Shown: in pieces, positions 9,580 to 18,316 of the stretch
How positions within the stretch are numbered: position 1 is the first letter of the stretch
How the letters are laid out: each line of letters starts with the position of its first letter
Origin: Candidatus Daviesbacteria bacterium
GTDB lineage: Bacteria > Patescibacteriota > Microgenomatia > Daviesbacterales > UBA10151
Reading direction: 5' to 3'
NCBI GenBank assembly: GCA_016187035.1
Contig: JACPKL010000005.1
Coordinates: forward strand, 71,150-135,149
DNA: 64,000 nucleotides
Program-made: the position numbers and the translations under genes
Notes under the pieces: generated by a model
The model's input: only the letters and a program-made list of their open reading frames with translations
The model's database searches: none
What the model was told of the DNA's origin: nothing

Positions 9580-11192
9580 AAAAAAAATTAATCCTTATTT
9601 TAATATTAGCTTTAGGAATACTATTAAGGACTATATTTGTAAATAGCAGTCCACCTTCTTTATATGGTGATGAGTTAACTATCACATTGGACGCTTATTC
9701 AATCTTTAAAACAGGACATGATCAATTAGGGAATTTCCTACCCCTGACTTTTCCTATGGGAGCAGGCAGGCCAGCTGGATATGTTTATTTCACCATACCC
9801 TTTGTGGCTATATTTGGACCTGCTGCTTTAGGAGCTAGAGGATTATCAATACTATCAGGTATTGGATTAATTTTGCTAATTTATTTGGCCTTAAAAAAAA
9901 CTTTTTCAGAAAGAGTAGGAATAATAGCTGCAGCGTTGTATGCTGTTTCGCTGTGGGATATATCATTAAGCAGAGGTGGTTTTGAGGCGCATTTCGCTTT
10001 ATTTCTAGTCATATTAGGATTATATCTATTTTTAGAGGCTAAAGAAAAACCAATATTTTACCTATTCTCAGCAATTAGCTTTGGATTAACTTTTCATACT
10101 TATCCAACCTATAAACTCAATCTTCTTTGGTTTTTACCATTATTATTTATTTTTGGAGGAGCAAAAACAACACTAGATTATGGGAAAAACTATCTTTTTG
10201 GAGGTTTAATCATTTTACTGATTCTTGGCATTCTTTCTTTAAGTCAAACATTTGTTGGAGGTTCGGAAACAAGATTTTTAAACATTAATGTTTTTTCTCA
10301 GGTAAAATTAAAAAGTAACATAGAGGAAAAAATAAATTTTGAAAGAACTATTAATAAATTGCCTAATAATATAACAAGATTTTTTCATAACAAACCTGTT
10401 GAGTATATCAAAGTGATAGGTGAGAATTATTTACAAAATTTCTCAATGGATTTTCTTTTTATACACGGAGATAGGAATCCTAGGCATAATATGGCAACAA
10501 TGGGAGAGCTTTATTTTATGGAAATCATCTTAATTCCATTAGGAATGTTATATCTTTGGAATAAATATAGGAAGATATTAATGTTTCTCATAATATGGTT
10601 AATTTTAGCACCGATTTCGACAGCTATCGTTGGTTTACCCCATGCCTTAAGGAGTAGTTTTATGTTGCCTCCATTAATAACTTTATCTGCATTAGGATTA
10701 TCAATTATAATTCGTCAAAAAACCCTAATCCCCCTTTTTATAACTAGTATATTTTTTGTAATTCAAGTGACCTTCTTTCTACAAAAGTTATTATTTCTCG
10801 CTCCTTATGAATATAATAGTTTTTGGTCCTATCCAGCTAAATTAGGTTCAGAATTAGCAATACAGAACAAAGATAAATATGACTATATCTTTTTATCAGA
10901 TAGACTAGATAGTGTTGAGTTTGCTTATCCGGTTTATGCAAGAGTTGATCCTAAAGATATTATAGATCGCAACAATAACAAAATTAATTTAGGCAAATAT
11001 ACATTTAAAAAGTTTGGAAATGTTTATATAGGAAATATACCTAACCAGGAGATAGATAATTTTTTAGATAATCTACGCGCAAGGGTATTATACTTAGGGG
11101 ATTTAACTGATCTAAAATATTTGAAGAGCTATGAAACAATTAATGGAGTTGACAATACAGATTCTTTATTATTAACAAAACGGAATCTATAA
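9576..11192 (+). CDS. GT39/ArnT/PMT_2-like polyprenyl-phosphate-sugar-dependent membrane glycosyltransferase (paralog 1 of 8).
   Basis: GTG start in a GTGA overlap. First-loop motif LYGDELTITLDAYSIFKTGHDQLGNFLPLTF. Mid-protein motif NFSMDFLFIHGDRNPRHN..GELY. C-terminal soluble domain. Confidence 0.65.
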   Translation: MKKKLILILILALGILLRTIFVNSSPPSLYGDELTITLDAYSIFKTGHDQLGNFLPLTFPMGAGRPAGYVYFTIPFVAIFGPAALGARGLSILSGIGLILLIYLALKKTFSERVGIIAAALYAVSLWDISLSRGGFEAHFALFLVILGLYLFLEAKEKPIFYLFSAISFGLTFHTYPTYKLNLLWFLPLLFIFGGAKTTLDYGKNYLFGGLIILLILGILSLSQTFVGGSETRFLNINVFSQVKLKSNIEEKINFERTINKLPNNITRFFHNKPVEYIKVIGENYLQNFSMDFLFIHGDRNPRHNMATMGELYFMEIILIPLGMLYLWNKYRKILMFLIIWLILAPISTAIVGLPHALRSSFMLPPLITLSALGLSIIIRQKTLIPLFITSIFFVIQVTFFLQKLLFLAPYEYNSFWSYPAKLGSELAIQNKDKYDYIFLSDRLDSVEFAYPVYARVDPKDIIDRNNNKINLGKYTFKKFGNVYIGNIPNQEIDNFLDNLRARVLYLGDLTDLKYLKSYETINGVDNTDSLLLTKRNL

Positions 11193-11227
11193 TCTTTTAT
11201 CCTATTATGATTATAATTACAAGAAAA

Positions 11228-11248
11228 CCGCGGACTCTTAGTCCGCGG
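11228..11248 (+). terminator. Perfect GC-rich hairpin CCGCGGACT-CTT-AGTCCGCGG. Possibly an intrinsic terminator or RNA structure; no U-tract follows.
   Basis: 9-bp perfect stem with a 3-nt loop, read directly from the sequence. It lies in the only sizeable intergenic gap (11193..11265) of the 1..14087 gene run. The following sequence is AAGTTTATAAT, not a T-run. Confidence 0.35.
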
Positions 11249-11253
11249 AAGTT

Positions 11254-11259
11254 TATAAT
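11254..11259 (+). promoter_or_regulatory. Consensus -10 box TATAAT, 6 nt upstream of ATG 11266. This geometry suggests a leaderless transcript.
   Basis: TATAAT at 11254-11259, then ATCATT, then ATG. No Shine-Dalgarno sequence and no clear -35 (that position falls inside the hairpin). Confidence 0.3.
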
Positions 11260-11265
11260 ATCATT

Positions 11266-12477
11266 ATGATATTTTTTAGGATATCATCTTCAGTAACTTC
11301 TCTTTTACGAGCTTTGCGACAAATTCTTTTGAGCAGCAAACTTCGTTTACTTATTCTTATAATTGGATTGAATCAAATATTCATAGCTTTTATAGTTAAA
11401 GAACTTTATCCAATACATTTACCTTTACAAAAATTATTTTTCTTTGATCTCATTGAACTGAATGTTTATATTCCTGAAATAGGTATTTATTTAGTTAATA
11501 TCTTTAATTTAATTTTAATTTGGCTCATAAGTAAACAATTATTCTCCTCAAACAAAAGTTTAATTCCGGTAGCACTTTTTGCCTTTTCTCCTTGGTCTAG
11601 CTATTTAATTGTTACTCAATCTATGAATATTTACTTGCTGTGTTTGATTTTGATGAGTGCTTTAGGCTTTTTACTTATCAAATCTAGAAAAAGGCTGTTA
11701 GGTGTTATTTTATTTGCTTTGGGGGTTATATTAAGTTTTTATAGTTCTTTTCTGTCTTTTGTTTTCCTTCCTATTATACTAGGACTAATCTTATTTAAAT
11801 TTAACTACATAAAAGAAATAAAAACATCTTTTATATTGATTTTAATTTTTTGCATGCCTTTAATATTTTATTTTTTTAGAAATTTGATAGGTGTTAAGAA
11901 TATTTACGAACGCCAGATAACATTTTTTTCTGACTCAAGTTTAATTGCTGTAGTTAATAACTTTCAAGGTAATACCAAGAAAGCCGGATTCGGTCTCCTC
12001 TCAAAAGCGATTGAAAATAAATATCTTTATATCTCAGAATATTCCTTACTTAAAATTCTAAAAAATCTTACACCAACAACTTACTTCACTTCTCAGGAAA
12101 AATTAGTTGGATTTTCATTTTCTCCGCCTATTCTATTGGGATTTTTAATACCTTTTTTATATGGAATAACCATAATAATATTTTCTCCAACTTTAAGAAA
12201 ATACCTATCGTTATCTGCTGTTTTAATTATCCCGTCGTTTTTGTCAAAGTCTTTAGTTGATATGGAAAATTTAATCTTTCTCGAACCAATTATTATATTG
12301 ATTATATCTTTTGGATTAATTAATTTAAAAAGTAACAAAAGATATAAAGGATTTCTATATTTAACTTTTGTCCTAATTTTAATTCAACTTATTGTAATTA
12401 TTTTTGATATAAATCAAAGAGAATACTTAAGATTTGTCCGTTTCTATGGAGCAAATTTAGTAATTGGAAGACCATGA
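11266..12477 (+). CDS. Degenerate/truncated GT39-like membrane protein. It lacks the catalytic DE first-loop motif and the C-terminal soluble domain.
   Basis: Retains the family landmarks FSPWSSYLIV (compare ISPWHIYYSR) and a degenerate mid-loop (LTPTTYFTSQEKLVGFSFSPP). No DE....Y.A.S....G.DE.G loop. Only 403 aa against 515-557 aa for the full paralogs. Confidence 0.45.
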   Translation: MIFFRISSSVTSLLRALRQILLSSKLRLLILIIGLNQIFIAFIVKELYPIHLPLQKLFFFDLIELNVYIPEIGIYLVNIFNLILIWLISKQLFSSNKSLIPVALFAFSPWSSYLIVTQSMNIYLLCLILMSALGFLLIKSRKRLLGVILFALGVILSFYSSFLSFVFLPIILGLILFKFNYIKEIKTSFILILIFCMPLIFYFFRNLIGVKNIYERQITFFSDSSLIAVVNNFQGNTKKAGFGLLSKAIENKYLYISEYSLLKILKNLTPTTYFTSQEKLVGFSFSPPILLGFLIPFLYGITIIIFSPTLRKYLSLSAVLIIPSFLSKSLVDMENLIFLEPIIILIISFGLINLKSNKRYKGFLYLTFVLILIQLIVIIFDINQREYLRFVRFYGANLVIGRP

Positions 12478-14087
12478 ATAAAAAAATAGTTATCATTTTG
12501 GCTGTCCTGACTTTATTTGGAGGTTTCTTAAGGTTTTATAATAATTATAAAAACCCAATTAGTCTAAACATAGATGAAGTCTCATATGGGTATAGCGCTT
12601 ACTCCATTCTAAAAACTGCTCATGATGAAAATGGAGAATTCTTGCCATTGTTCTTTAGATCAACGGGTGATTATAAAAACCCTTTTTTAATTTATTCTTT
12701 AGTACCTGCAATTGCCCTTTTTGGACTTAACGAATTTAGCGTAAGGTTTACTACAGCTCTTTTTGGGACACTGAGTATACCTATTTTCTTTTTTCTTTTA
12801 AAATCCCTGACAAAAGATAGGAGAGTTATTCTGATCGGCAGCATTTTATTTACTATTTCGCCATGGCATATTTATTATTCTAGATTTGCTTCGGAGGCGT
12901 TAATAGGATTATTTTCTTTAATGCTAGGAATGATATTTTTCATAAAAATTTCTAAGGAGAAAAAAATCTATGCTTTTCTTAGCGCCGTCTTTCTTGCTTT
13001 GTCTATGTATATTTATCATTCTGAAAGGTTATTTGTATTTTTATTTCTAATTATTTTTTTCATATTAAATTTTCGGAAAATTAAAAGATTAGAAACTATC
13101 CTTTTTATACTAACATTATCGATAGTGTTAGTACCCCTAATTTTTTATTCAATTTTTGGAACTGCAAATGCCAGAGCAGGTATGGTATTTCTATCGCAAG
13201 ATATAGAATATACTAGATATGTAATTTTAGATCATTTACAAAGAAGGGGTGAATCATTATTACTCCTGCTCTTTTGGATTAAAAGATATTTAAACTACTT
13301 TCAGCCAGATTTTCTATTTTTTAATGGATTAAATATGACGAGAAGTGGCACTTTAGGTGTTGGTGTATTCTATCTATTTGAGTTTTTGTGGTTGCTTTTA
13401 GGGATTGCAGAAATTATTAGAAAGCAATTAGTAAATAGAATCTTTATTATTCTTTGGATTTTAATAGGAATTATTCCTGCTTCTTTAACAAATAATGATC
13501 AAAGTACAAACAGGACCTTATTAATATTACCGCCCATTATCTTTATTGTTTCCTTGGGAGCAGTGAAATTTCTTGAAATAGTAAAAAATGTTAAAAATAG
13601 TTCTTTTAAATATGGAATAGTTGTCCTTTATTCAGTTTTTATAGTAGTTGTTTTACTTAGGGCTTTTTTGATCTTTGCTATACATTTTCCTTCCCAACGA
13701 GGAGAGGCTTTTATGGAAGGAACCAAAGAAACGGTTTTATACGCTAATAATAATAAAGATTATTACAATGAGATTGTTTACGATCCATATAGAGGAATTG
13801 AGGCTCCTTATATAGTTAACATACCTTATATGTATATTTTATTTTATTCGAAATATGATCCATTAACTTATCAACGTGATGATAAAAAGTATGGTCAGGA
13901 GCGCTTTAGCTTTAATAAGTACACTATCAGGCGTATCAATTGGAGAGAAGATAGATCTAAAAAAGGGGTACTTTTTATTGGAAGTCCTTGGAGTTTACCA
14001 CTTAACGATTTACAGCCTGACGAAATACTGAAAAAAATTTACTTATCCAATGGTGACTTAGCTTTACTAATTGTATCTCCAAAATGA
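12474..14087 (+). CDS. GT39/ArnT/PMT_2-like membrane glycosyltransferase (paralog 2 of 8).
   Basis: ATGA overlap. Motifs LNIDEVSYGYSAYSILKTAHDENGEFLPLFF, ISPWHIYYSRFA and YFQPDFLFFNG. C-terminal domain YNEIVYDPYRG..YILFYSKYDPLTYQ. Confidence 0.65.
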   Translation: MNKKIVIILAVLTLFGGFLRFYNNYKNPISLNIDEVSYGYSAYSILKTAHDENGEFLPLFFRSTGDYKNPFLIYSLVPAIALFGLNEFSVRFTTALFGTLSIPIFFFLLKSLTKDRRVILIGSILFTISPWHIYYSRFASEALIGLFSLMLGMIFFIKISKEKKIYAFLSAVFLALSMYIYHSERLFVFLFLIIFFILNFRKIKRLETILFILTLSIVLVPLIFYSIFGTANARAGMVFLSQDIEYTRYVILDHLQRRGESLLLLLFWIKRYLNYFQPDFLFFNGLNMTRSGTLGVGVFYLFEFLWLLLGIAEIIRKQLVNRIFIILWILIGIIPASLTNNDQSTNRTLLILPPIIFIVSLGAVKFLEIVKNVKNSSFKYGIVVLYSVFIVVVLLRAFLIFAIHFPSQRGEAFMEGTKETVLYANNNKDYYNEIVYDPYRGIEAPYIVNIPYMYILFYSKYDPLTYQRDDKKYGQERFSFNKYTIRRINWREDRSKKGVLFIGSPWSLPLNDLQPDEILKKIYLSNGDLALLIVSPK

Positions 14088-14110
14088 ATCCCCAGAAAAA
14101 TAGTTTAAAT

Positions 14111-16564
14111 TCAAAATTTTTTCAATTTAATTAGAAGTAAACTAAACAAAAGTATTAAAGTTGTAGTCACAAGAGATACTTTCAATCCAATATCAAATGA
14201 TTTTGGCCAATAGTAAAAAATCACTTCATGATTCCCAGCGGGTACTTTTATAGCTCGAAAAATTAAATTAGCCGGACTAATTAATATTTCTTTGCTATCG
14301 AGTTTGGCTTTCCATCCATCTTCATATTGATCTGCAACAATTAAAACTTCATTAGTAGAAGTTTCAGTATTGAACTTAATAAAATTATCTGAATGAATAA
14401 TGTTTTTTATAGATCCTTTACCGGTGACTGAGCTGATACCTAAATTTTTCGATAAGGCTATTTCTTTTCTAGGATCAAAGATTTTATCAGTCATCATCAA
14501 ATCCATAATTTTTGATTCCGTCAAATTTAATATAGAAGGGGCAAAATATATCCTTTCTAATGATTGGGGATTTTCTAGGATAGCGGCTGATTTATCTTTG
14601 AAAATTAAATTATAATGGGTATTTTTGACTTGAAAATTTAATAAGTCTCCAGGGACACGACCGTTATTATCTCGTAATATGGCTATAAAAAATTTGGTAT
14701 TGGCAGCATCTAAGTATGGGGAGCTGTAATTTGAAGAAACTTCTGCATATCTTGAAGAATTACCAGTTCTCACGTCACCTCCATTTAAGAAGTGCATGAA
14801 TTTCCCGTATTGACTGAGATAAATTGGATCATAGCCTTCATAAGAGTCAAGATTGTAAGCAATCCAGGTATTAGGCGGTAGAGTTTCCGCATGCTCTCTG
14901 CCTACCCTGAATGAGCCAGGTTGCTTTTGTAAAAAATCCAGAGCTGGTGTTTTAGGAAATATTAGATTAGCAGAGACAAAAGGATTAAATTTTAGAAAAT
15001 ATCTGCCTAAATCTAAACTGGTAAGCATAAGAATGGTAATACACAGAAGCAGTGACTGTTTACCTGCTTTAGTTCTAAATTTGTTAATGATAATAAGGAA
15101 AAAGAGAAAAGATGATTCTAAAGCTAAGGGTAAAAATGAGTTTTTAATTGCAACGTTAAAATTATTTAATAAATAATCACGATCACTCATCAAATACTGG
15201 AGTTGTTTTGCATTAGATTCTAAATTTATAATATTCCAGATTGTAAATTTTGAGATTAATGTACCTACGATTACTCCTAAAATGATAGCCAAACTCCAAA
15301 TATTTGTTTTAATCAAGTTATTAATCTCTTTACGATCTTTTATTATTTGATTTAAAGAAAAAGCGCTTAATATACTAATTGCCAGGGTTGAAACAAACAG
15401 TATCCGGCTGGCATAAGAAGACGTTAATAAAGGTATTCTGGATTGATAAATAAGATGAGAAAGTGGATTATCGAATGCTAAAATTAATGAAAAGATTAGT
15501 AATAATAAAAAGCTCAAATGTAGCCTGGTCTTTTTTAGGAATAAAAAAGAATAAATAATAAAAGGAAAGGTTAAGGTTCCAATAAAACCGCTAGTTTCTG
15601 AATAATTAAAATTCCCCCAAAAATTTCTAGTGACAGGATTCCCTAGAAAATCTGCTATAAAAAATCTTATTGCATCTTTCAAGTTTAGCAAACCAAAATT
15701 AAGTTCAGCAGTATAAGATTCAGTGAGTCTAATTGATTTTTGTAAAAGAGAAAAACTTGGAAATAACTGAACTGCGCTCCATAAAATTGCTACACTATAC
15801 GTTAAAAAAAGATAAAATATTTTTAGAAGGAATTTTTTAAGATTACTATTCCAGCTTTGAATAACATAATATAGACTAACAATAATAAAAGAATAAGTTG
15901 TTACTTGAGCATTTCCAGCAAGAATAATAAGTACTAGTTCAAATGTTAATAGAATAAGGTACCTGAATTGATATTTTGACAAGAATAGTTCTACTGCGTA
16001 AATGCATAAAGGCAGCCAGGCCACAGCATGAACTGCGGTACCAAGTTCCAGCCATGTTGTCATTAAACCTCCAAATCCGAAAATAACTGCGCCTAACATC
16101 GCTGGTATTTTTGATTTGGTCCAATAAAAAAGCAGAATATACATATTGACTAGAGCAATTAAGGTTTGAGAAAAGATAAATATTCCCCAACCAGCATATT
16201 TAGGTAGAAGTAAAAAAAGGTTCAAAGGATATAGTGTAGCCGAATGATAAGTGGCTAAAAGAGGAGTCCCCATTAATGAATGCGTATTCCATAAAGGCCA
16301 TTGTAGTTTTAAAAAAGAATCAATAGCTAGATACTTCCAGAGAAAGAATTGCGAAAAAACATCCGAAATTAATGGATTTTGTACAGGGATTTTATAGTAA
16401 TCGAACCAAGGGGAATAACTTCCCACCAGTAGATCTCCCGGGAAAGGTATTTTACCTAAAAATATGAACTTATAATACATAGTAAGCGCTATAGTTATTA
16501 GAATAAAAATAGGAAAAATAGGATGATTGACTAAAGTTTTCATTCTTTTAGAAATGTCTTTCAT
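14111..16564 (-). CDS. yfhO: YfhO-family membrane glycosyltransferase (GT-C type).
   Basis: 817 aa and polytopic. N-terminal YfhO signature FPGDLLVGSYSPWFDYY...DVFSQFFLWKY...LQWPLWNTHSLMGTPLLA. Large C-terminal extracytoplasmic domain with a terminal TM. Confidence 0.65.
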   Translation of the reverse strand: MKDISKRMKTLVNHPIFPIFILITIALTMYYKFIFLGKIPFPGDLLVGSYSPWFDYYKIPVQNPLISDVFSQFFLWKYLAIDSFLKLQWPLWNTHSLMGTPLLATYHSATLYPLNLFLLLPKYAGWGIFIFSQTLIALVNMYILLFYWTKSKIPAMLGAVIFGFGGLMTTWLELGTAVHAVAWLPLCIYAVELFLSKYQFRYLILLTFELVLIILAGNAQVTTYSFIIVSLYYVIQSWNSNLKKFLLKIFYLFLTYSVAILWSAVQLFPSFSLLQKSIRLTESYTAELNFGLLNLKDAIRFFIADFLGNPVTRNFWGNFNYSETSGFIGTLTFPFIIYSFLFLKKTRLHLSFLLLLIFSLILAFDNPLSHLIYQSRIPLLTSSYASRILFVSTLAISILSAFSLNQIIKDRKEINNLIKTNIWSLAIILGVIVGTLISKFTIWNIINLESNAKQLQYLMSDRDYLLNNFNVAIKNSFLPLALESSFLFFLIIINKFRTKAGKQSLLLCITILMLTSLDLGRYFLKFNPFVSANLIFPKTPALDFLQKQPGSFRVGREHAETLPPNTWIAYNLDSYEGYDPIYLSQYGKFMHFLNGGDVRTGNSSRYAEVSSNYSSPYLDAANTKFFIAILRDNNGRVPGDLLNFQVKNTHYNLIFKDKSAAILENPQSLERIYFAPSILNLTESKIMDLMMTDKIFDPRKEIALSKNLGISSVTGKGSIKNIIHSDNFIKFNTETSTNEVLIVADQYEDGWKAKLDSKEILISPANLIFRAIKVPAGNHEVIFYYWPKSFDIGLKVSLVTTTLILLFSLLLIKLKKF

Positions 16565-16572
16565 AAAGTTAC

Positions 16573-16603
16573 ATTTTACTTAACCGATGTAAATTGATAA
16601 CAT
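16573..16603. promoter_or_regulatory. Putative overlapping divergent promoters in a 45-bp intergenic region, both with leaderless-type geometry.
   Basis: Plus strand: TTTACT (16575-80), 17 nt, TAACAT (16598-603), 6 nt, ATG 16610. Minus strand: TTATCA, 16 nt, TAAAAT (complement of 16573-78), 8 nt, ATG (16564). No SD on either side. Confidence 0.3.
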
Positions 16604-16609
16604 TTATCT

Positions 16610-17503
16610 ATGACTAAAAGTATATCAGTTGTAATAAACACTTTGAATGAGGAGAAGAATATTGCTAATGCTATAAGGAGTGTAGCTTGGGCAGATGAAA
16701 TTTTAATTTGCGACATGTTCTCAGATGATAAAACAGTTGAAGTGGCAAAGAAGTTTGGAGCAAAGGTAATTTTTCATAAAAGAGTAAATTTCGTAGAACC
16801 TGCTAGAAACTTTGCGATATCAAAAGCTTCAAATAAATGGATTCTGGTACTAGATTCTGACGAACAAATACCAAATAGTTTAAAGAATAGATTAATTGAA
16901 ATAGCAGATAAGTTTAAGGAAATAGATTTTGTGAGAATTCCTAGAAAGAATTTAATCTTTAATAAATGGATGAGAGCTTCCCAATGGTGGCCGGATTACA
17001 ATATTAGATTTTTTAAGAAAGGAAAAGTTAAGTGGAGTGATAAAATCCACAGACCACCGGGAACTTCGGGAGAAGGAATAGATCTTGAAGCAGATGAACA
17101 ATGGGCGATAATTCATCATAATTATCAAACTATCAGTCAGTTTATAGTAAGGATGAACCGTTATACCCAAATTGAAGCTGAAGAGTTAAGAAGACAAGGT
17201 TATGAATTCATCTGGCAAGATCTATTAGAAAAGCCTCTAAATGAATTCTTATCAAGGTTTTTTGTAAGTAAAGGTTATAAAGATGGTATACATGGTTTAA
17301 GCGCATGTTTACTGCAAGCCTTCTCTTTTTTAGTAGTGTATCTGAAACTTTGGGAATTAAATAGTTTTAAAGAACAACCAATTGATTTATCAATGTTAGA
17401 GAAAGAGAAAGTAAAGATGGGATTTGCTATAAATTACTGGATAAAACAATCAAAACTCTCAAAAAATCCGTTAAAAAGGTTTTTTCAAAAAATTAAAAGC
17501 TGA
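16610..17503 (+). CDS. GT2 glycosyltransferase (KdtX/WaaE-like subfamily).
   Basis: ISVVINTLNEEKNI..WADEILICDMFSDDKTVEVAKKFGAKV, DxD motif LDSDEQ, and C-terminal GYKDGIHGL...YLKLWE shared with 17505 and 33382. Confidence 0.7.
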   Translation: MTKSISVVINTLNEEKNIANAIRSVAWADEILICDMFSDDKTVEVAKKFGAKVIFHKRVNFVEPARNFAISKASNKWILVLDSDEQIPNSLKNRLIEIADKFKEIDFVRIPRKNLIFNKWMRASQWWPDYNIRFFKKGKVKWSDKIHRPPGTSGEGIDLEADEQWAIIHHNYQTISQFIVRMNRYTQIEAEELRRQGYEFIWQDLLEKPLNEFLSRFFVSKGYKDGIHGLSACLLQAFSFLVVYLKLWELNSFKEQPIDLSMLEKEKVKMGFAINYWIKQSKLSKNPLKRFFQKIKS

Positions 17504-17504
17504 T

Positions 17505-18308
17505 ATGCTGAGTGTAATTGTTATAACTAAAAATGAGCAGGATAGAATTAAAGTTTGTTTGGAATCTGTAAAATGGGCTGATGAAATAATCATTTTGGAT
17601 AATGGTTCTACTGACAAAACTTTGGAGATTGCTAAAAATTATACTGATAAGATATTTCGATTTGAAAATCAGGACTATGCCGCATTTAGAAATAAGGCCT
17701 TTGGAAAGTCTTCCGGGGATTGGGTTTTATATGTAGATCCAGATGAAAGAGTATCATCCTTTTTAAAAAATGAAATAGAAGAGTTAATAAATGATTCTTC
17801 ATACTCGGCTTATGCTATTTCAAGAAAAAATATAATTTTTGGTCGTGAGGTTACTTATGGACCATTTTGGCCTGATTGGGTAATCAGACTGATAAAAAGA
17901 TCAGATTTTATTAATTGGGTAGGAGAGGTTCATGAATATGTTCAGTTTAAGGGTAAGTTAGGTTACACTAAAAATTCTCTAATCCACTTAACTCATCGTG
18001 ATTTAGATCAAATTGTTTCAAAGAGCTTAGAATGGTCAAAGATTGAAGCAAAACAAAGAATTGACATTAATCACCCTAAAATGTCTGCTTTAAGATTTAT
18101 TAGAATTCTTTTTTCATCAATTTTTTTCCAAGGAATTATAAAAAGAGGTTTTTTCGGAGGGACTATTGGTGTAATGGATTCAATTTTACAAACCTTTAGT
18201 ACGTTCATGACTTATGTAAGGCTTTGGCAATTTCAGCAACCTAAGACTCTTAAAGAAATTTACGATGATATTGATGAACAATTACTAAAGAATGGGTTTC
18301 GTTACTAG
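17505..18308 (+). CDS. GT2 glycosyltransferase (KdtX/WaaE-like subfamily).
   Basis: LSVIVITKNEQDRI..WADEIIILDNGSTDKTLEIAK, DxD motif VDPDER, and a C-terminal YVRLWQ motif. Confidence 0.7.
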   Translation: MLSVIVITKNEQDRIKVCLESVKWADEIIILDNGSTDKTLEIAKNYTDKIFRFENQDYAAFRNKAFGKSSGDWVLYVDPDERVSSFLKNEIEELINDSSYSAYAISRKNIIFGREVTYGPFWPDWVIRLIKRSDFINWVGEVHEYVQFKGKLGYTKNSLIHLTHRDLDQIVSKSLEWSKIEAKQRIDINHPKMSALRFIRILFSSIFFQGIIKRGFFGGTIGVMDSILQTFSTFMTYVRLWQFQQPKTLKEIYDDIDEQLLKNGFRY

Positions 18309-18316
18309 TTAATAAA

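Noticed and set aside
9579-9587. Homopolymeric A/T tracts of 8-9 nt that could act as slipped-strand phase-variation switches. Examples: A9 right after the GTG of 9576, A8 after the ATG of the GT10-like gene (57702-57709), A9 at 42482-42490 near the 5' end of GT2 41761(-), A8 at 53636-53643 and A8 at 45377-45384.
   Set aside because: In DNA this AT-rich, a rough estimate predicts on the order of tens of A8/T8 runs per 64 kb by chance. The 5'-proximal runs simply encode the common MKKK... N-termini. Without population read data showing length variation, there is no support for phase variation.
14088-14110. An AT-only inverted repeat (GAAAAAT ... ATTTTTC) between the convergent genes 12474..14087 and 14111..16564, considered as a bidirectional terminator.
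   Set aside because: The stem is entirely A/T with a long loop, so its predicted stability is negligible. It is indistinguishable from background in this composition.
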